Assembly: GCA_038153405.1 (NCBI GenBank)
Contig: JAYOYH010000029.1
Span: forward strand, 1-56,611
DNA from: Gemmatimonadota bacterium
Lineage (GTDB): Bacteria; Latescibacterota; UBA2968; UBA8231
Direction: 5' to 3'
DNA length: 56,611 bases
The translations under genes were made by a program, and so were the position numbers. This document shows, in pieces, positions 48,825 to 56,611 of this stretch. Position 1 is the stretch's first letter. Each line of letters begins with the position of its first letter. The notes under the pieces were generated by a model that saw only the letters and a program-made list of their open reading frames with translations, searched no databases and was not told the origin of the DNA.

Positions 48825-49654
48825 CAGGATCCTTCCATCTTCAAACGCCGCACGGTAAAGGCCTCGCTGGCCATTACCGCCTCCACGTCCAGCTCTTCCC
48901 ATGGATCCCACAGCGCAGCCAGCAGCCGTCCGCTGAGTCCATCCGAGCGCGCCGAAGCCAGGTATACCACCAGAGCGGCCGGACGCTGCGGATCGGTGCC
49001 CCCATCGGCCATCAACTTTTTGTCGGTCTCAATTTCCGCCTGACCAGCGCGCTGTCCGGCGTCCATACGCTCGTCCAACATCCGCGTATTGACCGCGCCC
49101 GGCGCAATAGCGTTCACATCGATACCATAGTCGCGCACTTCGACCGCCAGCGTTTCGGTCAGGCGCACAACGGCGGCCTTTGACGCACTGTAGGCGCTAA
49201 AAAACGGCCTAGGGCTCACGGCGCCGCCGCCGGACAGGTTGATGATCTTGCCCCCCCGCTGGGCAATCATGCCCGGCAGCACCTGCCGCGAGCATAGGAA
49301 ACATCCCTTTAAATTGACCTCTACCGCACGCCACCACTCAACCACATCGGCCTCGTGCATAGGACCGATAGCGCCCTGCACGCCCGCATTATTCACTAAG
49401 ATATCGACGCCATCCCACGCGCTGCGGATCGCCGCAAATGCCGCATCAACCGACCCTTCGTCGGCGACGTCTGCACGCTCGACCATCGTCTCGCCTCCGC
49501 GCGCGGCAATGCCAGCGGCCACGGCGCACAGCTCTTCATCGCTGCGCGCCAGCAGTGCTACGCGCGCTCCGGCCGCTGCCAGCGCTTCTGCTATCGCTCT
49601 GCCAATGCCGCGCCCCGCGCCCGTTACCACGGCGCGCTTGCCTGCCAATTCCAT
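48824..49654 (-). CDS. Short-chain dehydrogenase/reductase
   Basis: TGAGRGIG, NNAG, YSASK, IAPG. Confidence 0.93.
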   Translation of the reverse strand: MELAGKRAVVTGAGRGIGRAIAEALAAAGARVALLARSDEELCAVAAGIAARGGETMVERADVADEGSVDAAFAAIRSAWDGVDILVNNAGVQGAIGPMHEADVVEWWRAVEVNLKGCFLCSRQVLPGMIAQRGGKIINLSGGGAVSPRPFFSAYSASKAAVVRLTETLAVEVRDYGIDVNAIAPGAVNTRMLDERMDAGQRAGQAEIETDKKLMADGGTDPQRPAALVVYLASARSDGLSGRLLAALWDPWEELDVEAVMASEAFTVRRLKMEGS

Positions 49655-49818
49655 CGACTACCCCTTTCTAAACGCATTCTAAAATAAAGATTTTGCCTTT
49701 TTCCACGAGCGCAAAGCGCAGCGAGCGCAACATTGACCAGTATACCCATTTACTCTACATTTCTGTTTTTTGACGTTCGTAACTCCAACGCCGCCGCTTT
49801 ACTCTGTAGAAGGGTTCC

Positions 49819-51270
49819 ATGTCGCTGACGAGCACCTCATCCGATCCGCGCGAAATTTGCCTCGCCCTCAACGAGCGCACGCCGGTGGGCGGCCTCTTTG
49901 AAGGCGACCGCGACAATCTCCACCCCGACAGCAACCTGCCCTGGCGCATCTCGCCCGAGCCGTTCTGGCTGAGTCCCGACCAACTGCGCGAACTGCACGA
50001 GTTAGGCCATGCCCTGCACCAGTTTTATAGGTCGGCTAACCTGCTCTACCATCAGAGCGTGAAGGGACTGCAGCCGCCCTGGGTGCACCAATATCTCGAC
50101 CAGGGCAAGCCGGGCGACGTGCTCGAAATGGGCCTGTGGAATCGCGTCAAGTCGCACCTGCCGCTGGTCATGCGCCCCGATCTGCTGCTGACCGATGACG
50201 GCTTCCGCATCATGGAGATGGACTCCGTGCCCGGTGGCATGGGTTTCACGGCGCAGATTTCGTCGCTCTACGCCGATCTCGGCTACGATATCATCGGCGG
50301 CGCGAACGGCCTAGTGAGTGGCTTTTACGAAGCCATTGCCGCGTCGACCCATCAGCCCACGCCTACCGTGTGCTTGGTAGTCTCCGACGAATCGGACGCC
50401 TACCGCGAGGAAATGCAGTGGCTGGCAAACCAGCTCAGCGCCAACGGGCAACCCACTTTTTGCACTCATCCGCGCGAATTGCACTTTGACGAAGAGGGCC
50501 TCTTTCTCGACGTCGATGGCCAACCGCATCGCATCGATGCCGTCTACCGCTTTTTCGAATTATTCGATCTGAAAAACATTCCCAAAGCAGAGCTCATTAC
50601 CTACTTTGCCAAGAAAAATGCCGTGCGCCTGACGCCGCCGCCCAAGGCCTACCTAGAAGAAAAGATGTGGTTGGCGCTGTTCCACCATCCGCTGTTGAAC
50701 GCGTTCTGGCAGCGCGAGCTGCCGCCCAGCGCGCGCACCCTATTGGCTAAGCTCATACCCCAGACTTGGATTCTCGACGCGCGCCCCATGCCGCCGCACG
50801 CCGTCGTCCCACACCTGACGCTCGACGGCCAGCCCGTCAACGACTGGCAGATCTTAAAAGGCCTGAGCAAGAAGCAACGCGAGTTGGTCGTTAAACCGTC
50901 GGGGTTCTCCGAGTTGGCCTACGAGAGCAAAGGCGTTTCCATTGGCCACGATCTGCCGGAAGAGACGTGGAGCGCCAACGTACAGACCGCGCTCGATCAC
51001 TTTGCTCACACCCCGTATATTCTGCAGACTTTTCACAAGTCAGCGCGCAAATCCGTGCGCTACTACGACTTTTTTGACGATGCGGTCAAGTCCATGCGCG
51101 GTCGCGTGTTGCTGCGGCCCTACTACTATCTGATCGGCGACGAACCGCGCCTGTCCGGCATTCAGGCCGTCGTCTGTCCGCCGGACAAAAAAGTCCTGCA
51201 CGGCATGATCGACGCCGTTATCGTGCCCTGCGCGGTAGCGGATAACGCAAGCGAAGAAGACGCCTTTTAA
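49819..51270 (+). CDS. Glutathionylspermidine-synthase-like (circularly permuted) ATP-grasp ligase
   Basis: RPDLL, MEMDSVPGG, YRFFELF, EEKMWLALF, VVKPSGFS…KGVSIG, ILQ. Confidence 0.75.
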   Translation: MSLTSTSSDPREICLALNERTPVGGLFEGDRDNLHPDSNLPWRISPEPFWLSPDQLRELHELGHALHQFYRSANLLYHQSVKGLQPPWVHQYLDQGKPGDVLEMGLWNRVKSHLPLVMRPDLLLTDDGFRIMEMDSVPGGMGFTAQISSLYADLGYDIIGGANGLVSGFYEAIAASTHQPTPTVCLVVSDESDAYREEMQWLANQLSANGQPTFCTHPRELHFDEEGLFLDVDGQPHRIDAVYRFFELFDLKNIPKAELITYFAKKNAVRLTPPPKAYLEEKMWLALFHHPLLNAFWQRELPPSARTLLAKLIPQTWILDARPMPPHAVVPHLTLDGQPVNDWQILKGLSKKQRELVVKPSGFSELAYESKGVSIGHDLPEETWSANVQTALDHFAHTPYILQTFHKSARKSVRYYDFFDDAVKSMRGRVLLRPYYYLIGDEPRLSGIQAVVCPPDKKVLHGMIDAVIVPCAVADNASEEDAF

Positions 51271-51279
51271 GGAGCGCCC

Positions 51280-52335
51280 GTGACTACGGCCCCCCCTGCA
51301 ATCAGCCTCGACGAAAAGCTGGCCAAGCTCGAGGATATCATGCGCCCAATGGGGCGTGCACTCGTCGGCTATTCGGGCGGCGTCGACAGCGCCCTTCTCG
51401 CCGTGGCAGCCCAGCGCGTGCTGGGCGATGGTGCGATCTGCGTCACCGCTGACTCGGAGAGCTATGCCAGCGGCGAGCTAGAGCGCGCCAGCGAAATAAC
51501 TGCACAGTTCGGCATTCGCCACGAAGTGGTAAAGACGCGCGAGCTCGACAACCCAGATTACGCAAAGAACGCGCCCGATCGCTGCTACTTCTGCAAGCAG
51601 GAGCTGTTCTCGCACATGGAGCGCATGGCCGCCGAGCTGGGCATAGAGTATATATTGTACGGCCAGAATGCCGACGACGTCGGCGACTTTCGTCCCGGCG
51701 CCCAGGCCGCGCGCGAAAAGGGCGTGCGCGCACCGCTGGCCGAGGCCGGCCTCGACAAAGAAGACGTACGTGCGCTGGCGCGCCGCTGGGGCATTTCCGT
51801 TTGGGATCGCCCGGCCATGGCCTGCCTGTCTTCGCGCTTTCCCTACGGCACGCCGGTAACGGCCGAGGGGCTCAAGCAGGTCGACCGCGCCGAAGCCTTT
51901 CTGCGCGGCCAGCTCGGCTACGCGCAGGTGCGCTCGCGCCATCACGACAAGCTGGCGCGCATTGAATTGCAGGGCGACGACCTGAGCACGCTGCTAGCCG
52001 ACGCCGCCCGCTGTCGCCAGGTGGTCGATGCCTTCAGCGAGATCGGCTACGCGCAGGTCACCGTCGATTTGCGCGGCTTCCGCTCCGGTAGTATGAACGA
52101 GGTCCTGCTCTCCATCGACATGGCCCCAGCTCCGCTCTTTGAGCGCATGGATCCCATACTGGCGCGCCACGAAATTTCTCGTGCCGCCTACGAGGAACGC
52201 GACCAGCTTCTCTATCTCCGCCTGGACGATCCGCAGCGCCTGGCCGACGAATCGCTCCGCCAGACCCTCAGCGACGACTGTGCAGCGCTCGGCTTCCGCT
52301 ATATTGCTCTCGATTTGCTGGCGCTGTGCCCATGA
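51280..52335 (+). CDS. larE: LarE-like ATP-dependent sulfur transferase with a C-terminal extension
   Basis: PP-loop SGGVDS, RCYFCK, DD..DFRPG, ACLSSRFPYG, GFRSGSMN. Confidence 0.9.
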   Translation: MTTAPPAISLDEKLAKLEDIMRPMGRALVGYSGGVDSALLAVAAQRVLGDGAICVTADSESYASGELERASEITAQFGIRHEVVKTRELDNPDYAKNAPDRCYFCKQELFSHMERMAAELGIEYILYGQNADDVGDFRPGAQAAREKGVRAPLAEAGLDKEDVRALARRWGISVWDRPAMACLSSRFPYGTPVTAEGLKQVDRAEAFLRGQLGYAQVRSRHHDKLARIELQGDDLSTLLADAARCRQVVDAFSEIGYAQVTVDLRGFRSGSMNEVLLSIDMAPAPLFERMDPILARHEISRAAYEERDQLLYLRLDDPQRLADESLRQTLSDDCAALGFRYIALDLLALCP

Positions 52336-52859
52336 AGAGAGAGATCGTCAAATTTGGCGCCAGCGTGCTGCGCCGCAAATGCACTCCGATAAGCGAGATT
52401 GACGACGAAGTGCGCGGACTCGTCGACGATCTATTCGACTCTATGCGCGCAGCTGAAGGCGTTGGTTTAGCTGCCCCGCAGATTGGAATCGCACGGCGCG
52501 CGTGCATTATCGACGTATCTTCGCAGCAGCCGGAGTATCCGCCCATCGTCCTCATCAACCCGCGCATCGTCTCCAGCGAGGGCACGCAGATCGGCGAGGA
52601 GGGCTGCCTGAGCTTTCCCGACCTCTACGGCGACGTCAAACGCGCCGAGCGCGTAGCCGTGGAGGCGCTCAACCTCGACGGCCAGGCCTTTACGACCGAG
52701 GGCACGGGATTCTACGCGCGCGCACTGCAACACGAGCTAGACCACCTCGACGGCGTGCTCTTTGTAGACCACCTGAGTTCGCTCAAACGCCAGCTCATGC
52801 GCGGGGCGCTTAGGCGACTAAAAAAAGAGGGCGAAGCGTGGCAAAAAGAAAATTCGTAG
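52332..52859 (+). CDS. def: Peptide deformylase
   Basis: GVGLAAPQIG, EGCLS, QHELDH; ATGA overlap with larE. Confidence 0.97.
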   Translation: MKREIVKFGASVLRRKCTPISEIDDEVRGLVDDLFDSMRAAEGVGLAAPQIGIARRACIIDVSSQQPEYPPIVLINPRIVSSEGTQIGEEGCLSFPDLYGDVKRAERVAVEALNLDGQAFTTEGTGFYARALQHELDHLDGVLFVDHLSSLKRQLMRGALRRLKKEGEAWQKENS

Positions 52860-52863
52860 GCTA

Positions 52864-52892
52864 TTGACAAGGGCAATGTCGCCGCTTAGTTT
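52864..52892 (+). promoter_or_regulatory. sigma70 promoter for tRNA-Asp
   Basis: TTGACA-17 nt-TAGTTT. Confidence 0.65.
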
Positions 52893-52910
52893 TTGTCACC
52901 TGAGTGTAAT

Positions 52911-52987
52911 GGGATCGTAGTTCAGCTGGTTAGAACGCCGGCCTGTCACGCCGGAGGTCGCGAGTTCGAGTCTCGTCGGTCCCGCCA
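52911..52987 (+). tRNA. tRNA-Asp(GTC)
   Basis: 77-nt cloverleaf; anticodon arm CCGGC-CTGTCAC-GCCGG; T-loop TTCGAGT; ends GCCA. Confidence 0.97.
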
Positions 52988-53123
52988 TTAAGAAAGCCCC
53001 TGAAGCCAAGCGCTTCGGGGGCTTTCTGTTTTAGCCTATTTTGTTGTCTGCCCGTGTATTAATGCGGTTTTAATCTTCTGGAAGAGCGGGGTATTTGGCA
53101 GGTTTCGAACACTGCTTTTGCCT
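52939..53123 (+). repeat. 185-bp direct repeat, copy 1 (att-like)
   Basis: Aligns ungapped to 55540-55724 (offset 2601) with 7 mismatches by hand count. Confidence 0.92.
52991..53032 (+). terminator. Terminator after tRNA-Asp
   Basis: AGAAAGCCCCTGAAGC-caagc-GCTTCGGGGGCTTTCT followed by GTTTT. Confidence 0.85.
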
Positions 53124-54470
53124 GAAGGTGTAATTTTTCTTCTGTAAAATCTGTTTGATGGCCCGAAGACCTGGACTGACGAGGTTGAGCGGCGGGTCAT
53201 GTTCGCTCTTTTTCTTGATAGGCGACCAAACCCATCAATACCAAGGAGCAAGCTATGACCCACCCGCCAGAAGATAGTGTGATTCGCGCAGCGATGGAAA
53301 GTCTGATAGAGCACGGCCTAGATGGCATGGGCGAGGCGCTGCGCATTTTGATGAATGAGGCGATGAAAATCGAGCGCTCTGAATTTCTCCAAGCCGCTCC
53401 CTACCAGCGCAGTTAAGAGCGGATCGGACACGCCAACGGCTTCAAGGATAAAACGGTACAGACACGGGTAGGCGCCTTGCCTTTGCGCGTGCCCCAGGTG
53501 CGTGGCCTACTGGCCGATCTGGTGGGGTTTTACCCGCAGTTGTTAGACAAGGGCTGCGTAGTGAGCGGGTGCGCAAACTGGCCATTGCCGAGATGTATGT
53601 GACGGGGGTGTCCACCCGCAAGGTGGCACAGATCACCCAAGCGTTGTGCGGTTTCGACGTCAGCAGCACCCAGGTGAGTCGGGCCACCCAGCTACTGGAC
53701 GAAGAGTTGGATCGCTGGCGCACCCGACCGCTGGGCGAAATCCCCTACTTGATCCTGGATGCTCGCTATGAGAAAGTTCGGCATGGCGGGTGTGTGGTGG
53801 ATATGGCCCTACTCATCGCCATCGGGTTACAGGCCGATGGTCGTCGCTCGATTCTGGGGGTGAGTGTATCGCTGTCCGAGGCGGAAGTCCATTGGCGCAC
53901 TTTTCTTACGGGTTTGTTGGAGCGGGGCGTGCACGGGGTGCGTCTGATCGTCCGTGACGATCATGCCGGGCTCAAACCGGCCCGGCAGGCCACTTTACCT
54001 TCGGTGCCCTGGCAACGGTGCCAATACCACCTCCAGCAAAACGCCCAAGCGTACGTGCCCAAAGTGGCCATGCGGGCGGAAGTAGCCCAAGCTATCCGTG
54101 ATGTCTTCAATGCGCCCAATCAGCAGGAAGCCGATCGTCTGTTGGCCTTGATGGTCACCCGCTATCAGGAGATAGCACCAGCCCTAGCTCAGTGGGCCGA
54201 GGACAATATCCCGGAAGGGCTGACCGTCTTCCTATTGCCCAAGGCACATCGAGTGCGTTTGCGCACCACCAATGGATTGGAGCGACTCAACCGACAGATC
54301 AAACGACGCACGAGAGTCGTCTCGCTCTTTCCCAACGAGGCGGCCCTAGTACGACTGGCCAGTGCGCTACTGGTCGAAATCGATGAGGAATGGCTAACAG
54401 GGAAAATCTATCTCAACATGAAGATCCAGTAACAATAAAGACGATTTTACAGAAAAATTGTTGCGCTATC
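53124..54470 (+). mobile_element. IS256-family insertion sequence
   Basis: Imperfect 28-bp terminal IRs GAAGGTGTAATTTTTCTTCTGTAAAATC / GATTTTACAGAAAAATTGTTGCGCTATC (20/28); no target duplication. Confidence 0.88.
53255..54432 (+). pseudogene. IS256 transposase, disrupted
   Basis: AAGGAG RBS; in-frame TAA at 53414; 1-nt frameshift near 53555; EMYVTGVSTRKV, LDARYEKVR, DDHAGL, QRCQYH, RTTNGLERLN. Confidence 0.9.
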
Positions 54471-54626
54471 ATTTCCGAGGTGGTAGAAGCTGAAGTACAG
54501 TAAGGACCCACGCATGTGCAGGTTAGTTATGCAGAAATCTTGGCGATGGGACACGACTTCATTCCCGTGACAGAAGAGTCCATCCAACTAGCAGCAGTTT
54601 ATATAGAACGGGATATCGTTCCTCTT
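54471..54626 (+). pseudogene. PIN-domain (VapC-like) toxin remnant
   Basis: Frame from 54471 reads ISEVVEAEVQ*GPTHVQVSYAEILAMGHDFIPVTEESIQLAAVYIERDIVP; both ends missing. Confidence 0.6.
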
Positions 54627-54771
54627 TTCGTCTGGACTCGGCGATTTCTCGTGGCAATGTGATTTCATAGCGACTGTGCTGCTCAGGCGTGCTGGTAATC
54701 AACCGTCCCGGTACGGAAAGCAATTCCAATAACAATGGCAATGCCTCTCCGCTTAAACTATATTTTAAGCT

Positions 54772-55092
54772 ATGGTTAAAGAACAAGAAATACGACGCGT
54801 CGCCGAACATATCGGACACCAGATAGATGCCGACGAAGTTGTCCTTTTTGGCTCTCATGCCCGCGGCGAAGCCACCGAGCACAGCGATGTGGATTTATTA
54901 GTCATTGCCCAGAGTGAATTGCCCCGCTTTAAACGCAGCCGCGCACTCTACAAATCGCTACAGCCGTATCCGTTCGGCATGGACTTAGTGGTCTATACGC
55001 CGGACGAGATTAAAAAAGGCCAGCAGTCGCCTCTCTCGTTTGTCTCGACGGCACTGCGCGAGGGTAAAACCGTCTATGTCCGCCGAGTCTGA
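54772..55092 (+). CDS. Minimal nucleotidyltransferase (MNT) antitoxin
   Basis: VVLFGSHARG…SDVDLLVI, DLVVYTPDE. Confidence 0.92.
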   Translation: MVKEQEIRRVAEHIGHQIDADEVVLFGSHARGEATEHSDVDLLVIAQSELPRFKRSRALYKSLQPYPFGMDLVVYTPDEIKKGQQSPLSFVSTALREGKTVYVRRV

Positions 55093-55480
55093 CTTAGCGC
55101 GCCAATGGCTCAAAAAGGCAGAGAGCGATCTACTCAATGCCGACAACAATCTGCGTGCTGATAAAATTCCCTTCGATACCGTGTGTTTTCACTGCCAACA
55201 GGCAGCGGAGAAATTGCTCAAAGCGTATCTAGTAGGTAAATCTCACCCATATCCCTTCACCCACGACCTCCTTCTTCTACTACAACAGGTACTGCCTGTA
55301 GATACTAACGCAGAAAAACTCCGCGATGCCCTCTCTCTGCTCATGCCCTACGCCGTAGAGATTCGCTACCCAGATGAAGCGTACGAACCGACTGAGGAAG
55401 ATGCTAAGGAAGCGCGAGCCGCGGCAGAAGAAGTGCGCTCTTGGTTACGCGTGTCGCTGCCTGAAATATTTATAGCCTGA
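55076..55480 (+). CDS. HEPN domain protein
   Basis: WLKKAESDL, CFHCQQAAEK.LKA, THDL..L, RYP; overlaps the MNT gene. Confidence 0.92.
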   Translation: MSAESDLARQWLKKAESDLLNADNNLRADKIPFDTVCFHCQQAAEKLLKAYLVGKSHPYPFTHDLLLLLQQVLPVDTNAEKLRDALSLLMPYAVEIRYPDEAYEPTEEDAKEARAAAEEVRSWLRVSLPEIFIA

Positions 55481-55539
55481 CGCCGTGCGTGCGCCTTGCG
55501 TTACACCCACTTAAATCATTGTTTCTAATGGTGCTTCAT

Positions 55540-55724
55540 CGGCCTGTCACGCCGGAGGTCGCGAGTTCGAGTCTCGTCGGTCCCGCCAATTGGAAAGCCC
55601 CTGGAGCCAAGCGCTTCGGGGGCTTTCTGTTTTAGTCTATTTTGTTGTCTGCCCGTGTATTAATGCGGTTTTAATCTTCTGGAAGAGCGGGGTATTTGGC
55701 AGGTTTCGAACGCCGCTTTTGCCT
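55540..55724 (+). repeat. 185-bp direct repeat, copy 2: 49-nt 3' fragment of tRNA-Asp + terminator + flank
   Basis: 55540-55588 is identical to the tRNA from the anticodon stem to CCA; 5' half of the tRNA absent. Confidence 0.92.
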
Positions 55725-56072
55725 TCTCAGGTCTTCCCACTTTTCCCTGAAATTCTCGCTTTTTCTTCGAAGTCTACGTTCGCTTTACAAATGCGGCGAA
55801 CTGTCCCCGCTGACCAGGCCAAGGCGATCGAAGCATGACCCAAACGGACGGGTGCTCGCAGACGGCGGATTGCTGAGATCGCGGCAGCAGGATCGTCGAG
55901 GGGCAGGCCTCCTGCCAGGCGTTACTTTTTACACACAGTGAATCAAAAAGGTGACAGTCCGTCGGATAGGTTGGCCAAGATTCCGGTTAATGAAGAAGGT
56001 GTTCCCACAGGTACTAAATTTGATGCGCCCTGCAGTTAGTATATCTATAACTCCGCATTCAAGGAGCGCATC

Positions 56073-56596
56073 ATGTCTCTTCCCCCCTACCGAAGATTGC
56101 CGGCATCGAGATACGTCATTTCGGCAACGATCGCCTACTCGTACTCTTCCCTTACCATCCCGACAACATAAAACGCATCCGCGCCATTACGGGCCGGCAT
56201 TGGCACGGCGATAAGAAGGCGTGGAGTATCCCCTATACTGAATCAGCGCTTGGTCTCCTACTGAAATATTTCTGTAAATATCCGGTGCAATCCTTCGCAA
56301 AGTCAGACAAACGGCCTAGAGCTATCACCGGTCGGCGATGGCAAACTCTCAGTGAAGAGGAACAAGCCTACATCGCCCATATCGAAGATGAAATGAAACT
56401 GTGTGGCTACAGCTCGAAGACGCGCACATCGTATCGAAACCATCTGTTGCAGTTTAAGCGACACTTTTCCAACCGAGCTGTACAAGAGATCGGCGCTGAG
56501 GAAATACGCCAATATCTGCTGATGCTAATAGATGAAAAGCAGGTATCCCAATCGTATGTGAGTTCAACTTCTAAGTGCACTTTTCGTGGCATGTGA
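56073..56596 (+). pseudogene. Tyrosine recombinase (integron-integrase-like N-terminal SAM domain), frameshifted and truncated
   Basis: AAGGAG-ATG at 56073 is out of frame by 1 nt at C6 (56082-56087). The downstream frame reads FPY…IKRIRAITGRHW…KAWSIP then MKLCGYSSKTRTSY…EEIRQYLL…VSQSY and stops before any catalytic domain. Confidence 0.75.
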
Positions 56597-56611
56597 AAAA
56601 CAAAGGCCAAC

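Noticed and set aside
51280..52335. Selenocysteine read-through of TGA-ending genes (larE, selA, pilM-like, methyltransferase, SDR)
   Set aside because: These TGAs overlap the next start codon and follow complete domains. I found no convincing in-frame Sec codon by eye.
1030..55480. Functional RtcB-HEPN damage/repair module
   Set aside because: The genes are over 50 kb apart and HEPN lies in a separate islet; nothing in the sequence links them.
55540..55588. Second tRNA-Asp gene
   Set aside because: Lacks the 5' acceptor strand and D-arm; it is an att-type fragment.
55590..56214. Short ORFs 55590-55838, 55696-55941 and 55951-56214
   Set aside because: They run through the repeat/terminator or out of frame across the integrase start and show no protein-like signal.

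Overview
GC-rich, gene-dense bacterial chromosome segment. SprA, a PreP-type M16C peptidase and the general gene style suggest a non-Bacteroidota member of the FCB group, such as Latescibacterota (inference only). The window opens in the 3' end of a tRNA (probably Phe). It then runs through RtcB, peptidases, a coupled cell-envelope/anmK operon and 5-oxoprolinase. Next is a divergent iron locus (porin + FMN-binding protein + His-rich membrane protein versus feoA-feoB-small Cys protein) with back-to-back sigma70 promoters and three copies of a palindromic operator. A long minus-strand operon follows, sprA-comEA-pilM-like-pilN-like-coaD-dprA, then lptFG, a wHTH-PAS-pseudo-HisKA gene pair, an orphan fliG, selA, a 7xLysM amidase, two oxidoreductases and an ATP-grasp-larE-def operon. 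The window ends in a tRNA-Asp integration hotspot: a 185-bp direct repeat flanks a broken IS256, a PIN-toxin remnant and an MNT-HEPN pair, followed by a frameshifted, truncated tyrosine integrase. The best candidates for undescribed systems are (i) the T9SS-translocon/competence operon, (ii) the putative reductive iron-uptake divergon with its own operator, and (iii) the ATP-grasp ligase plus orphan, domain-duplicated LarE. All product calls come from motif recognition by eye; no searches were run.
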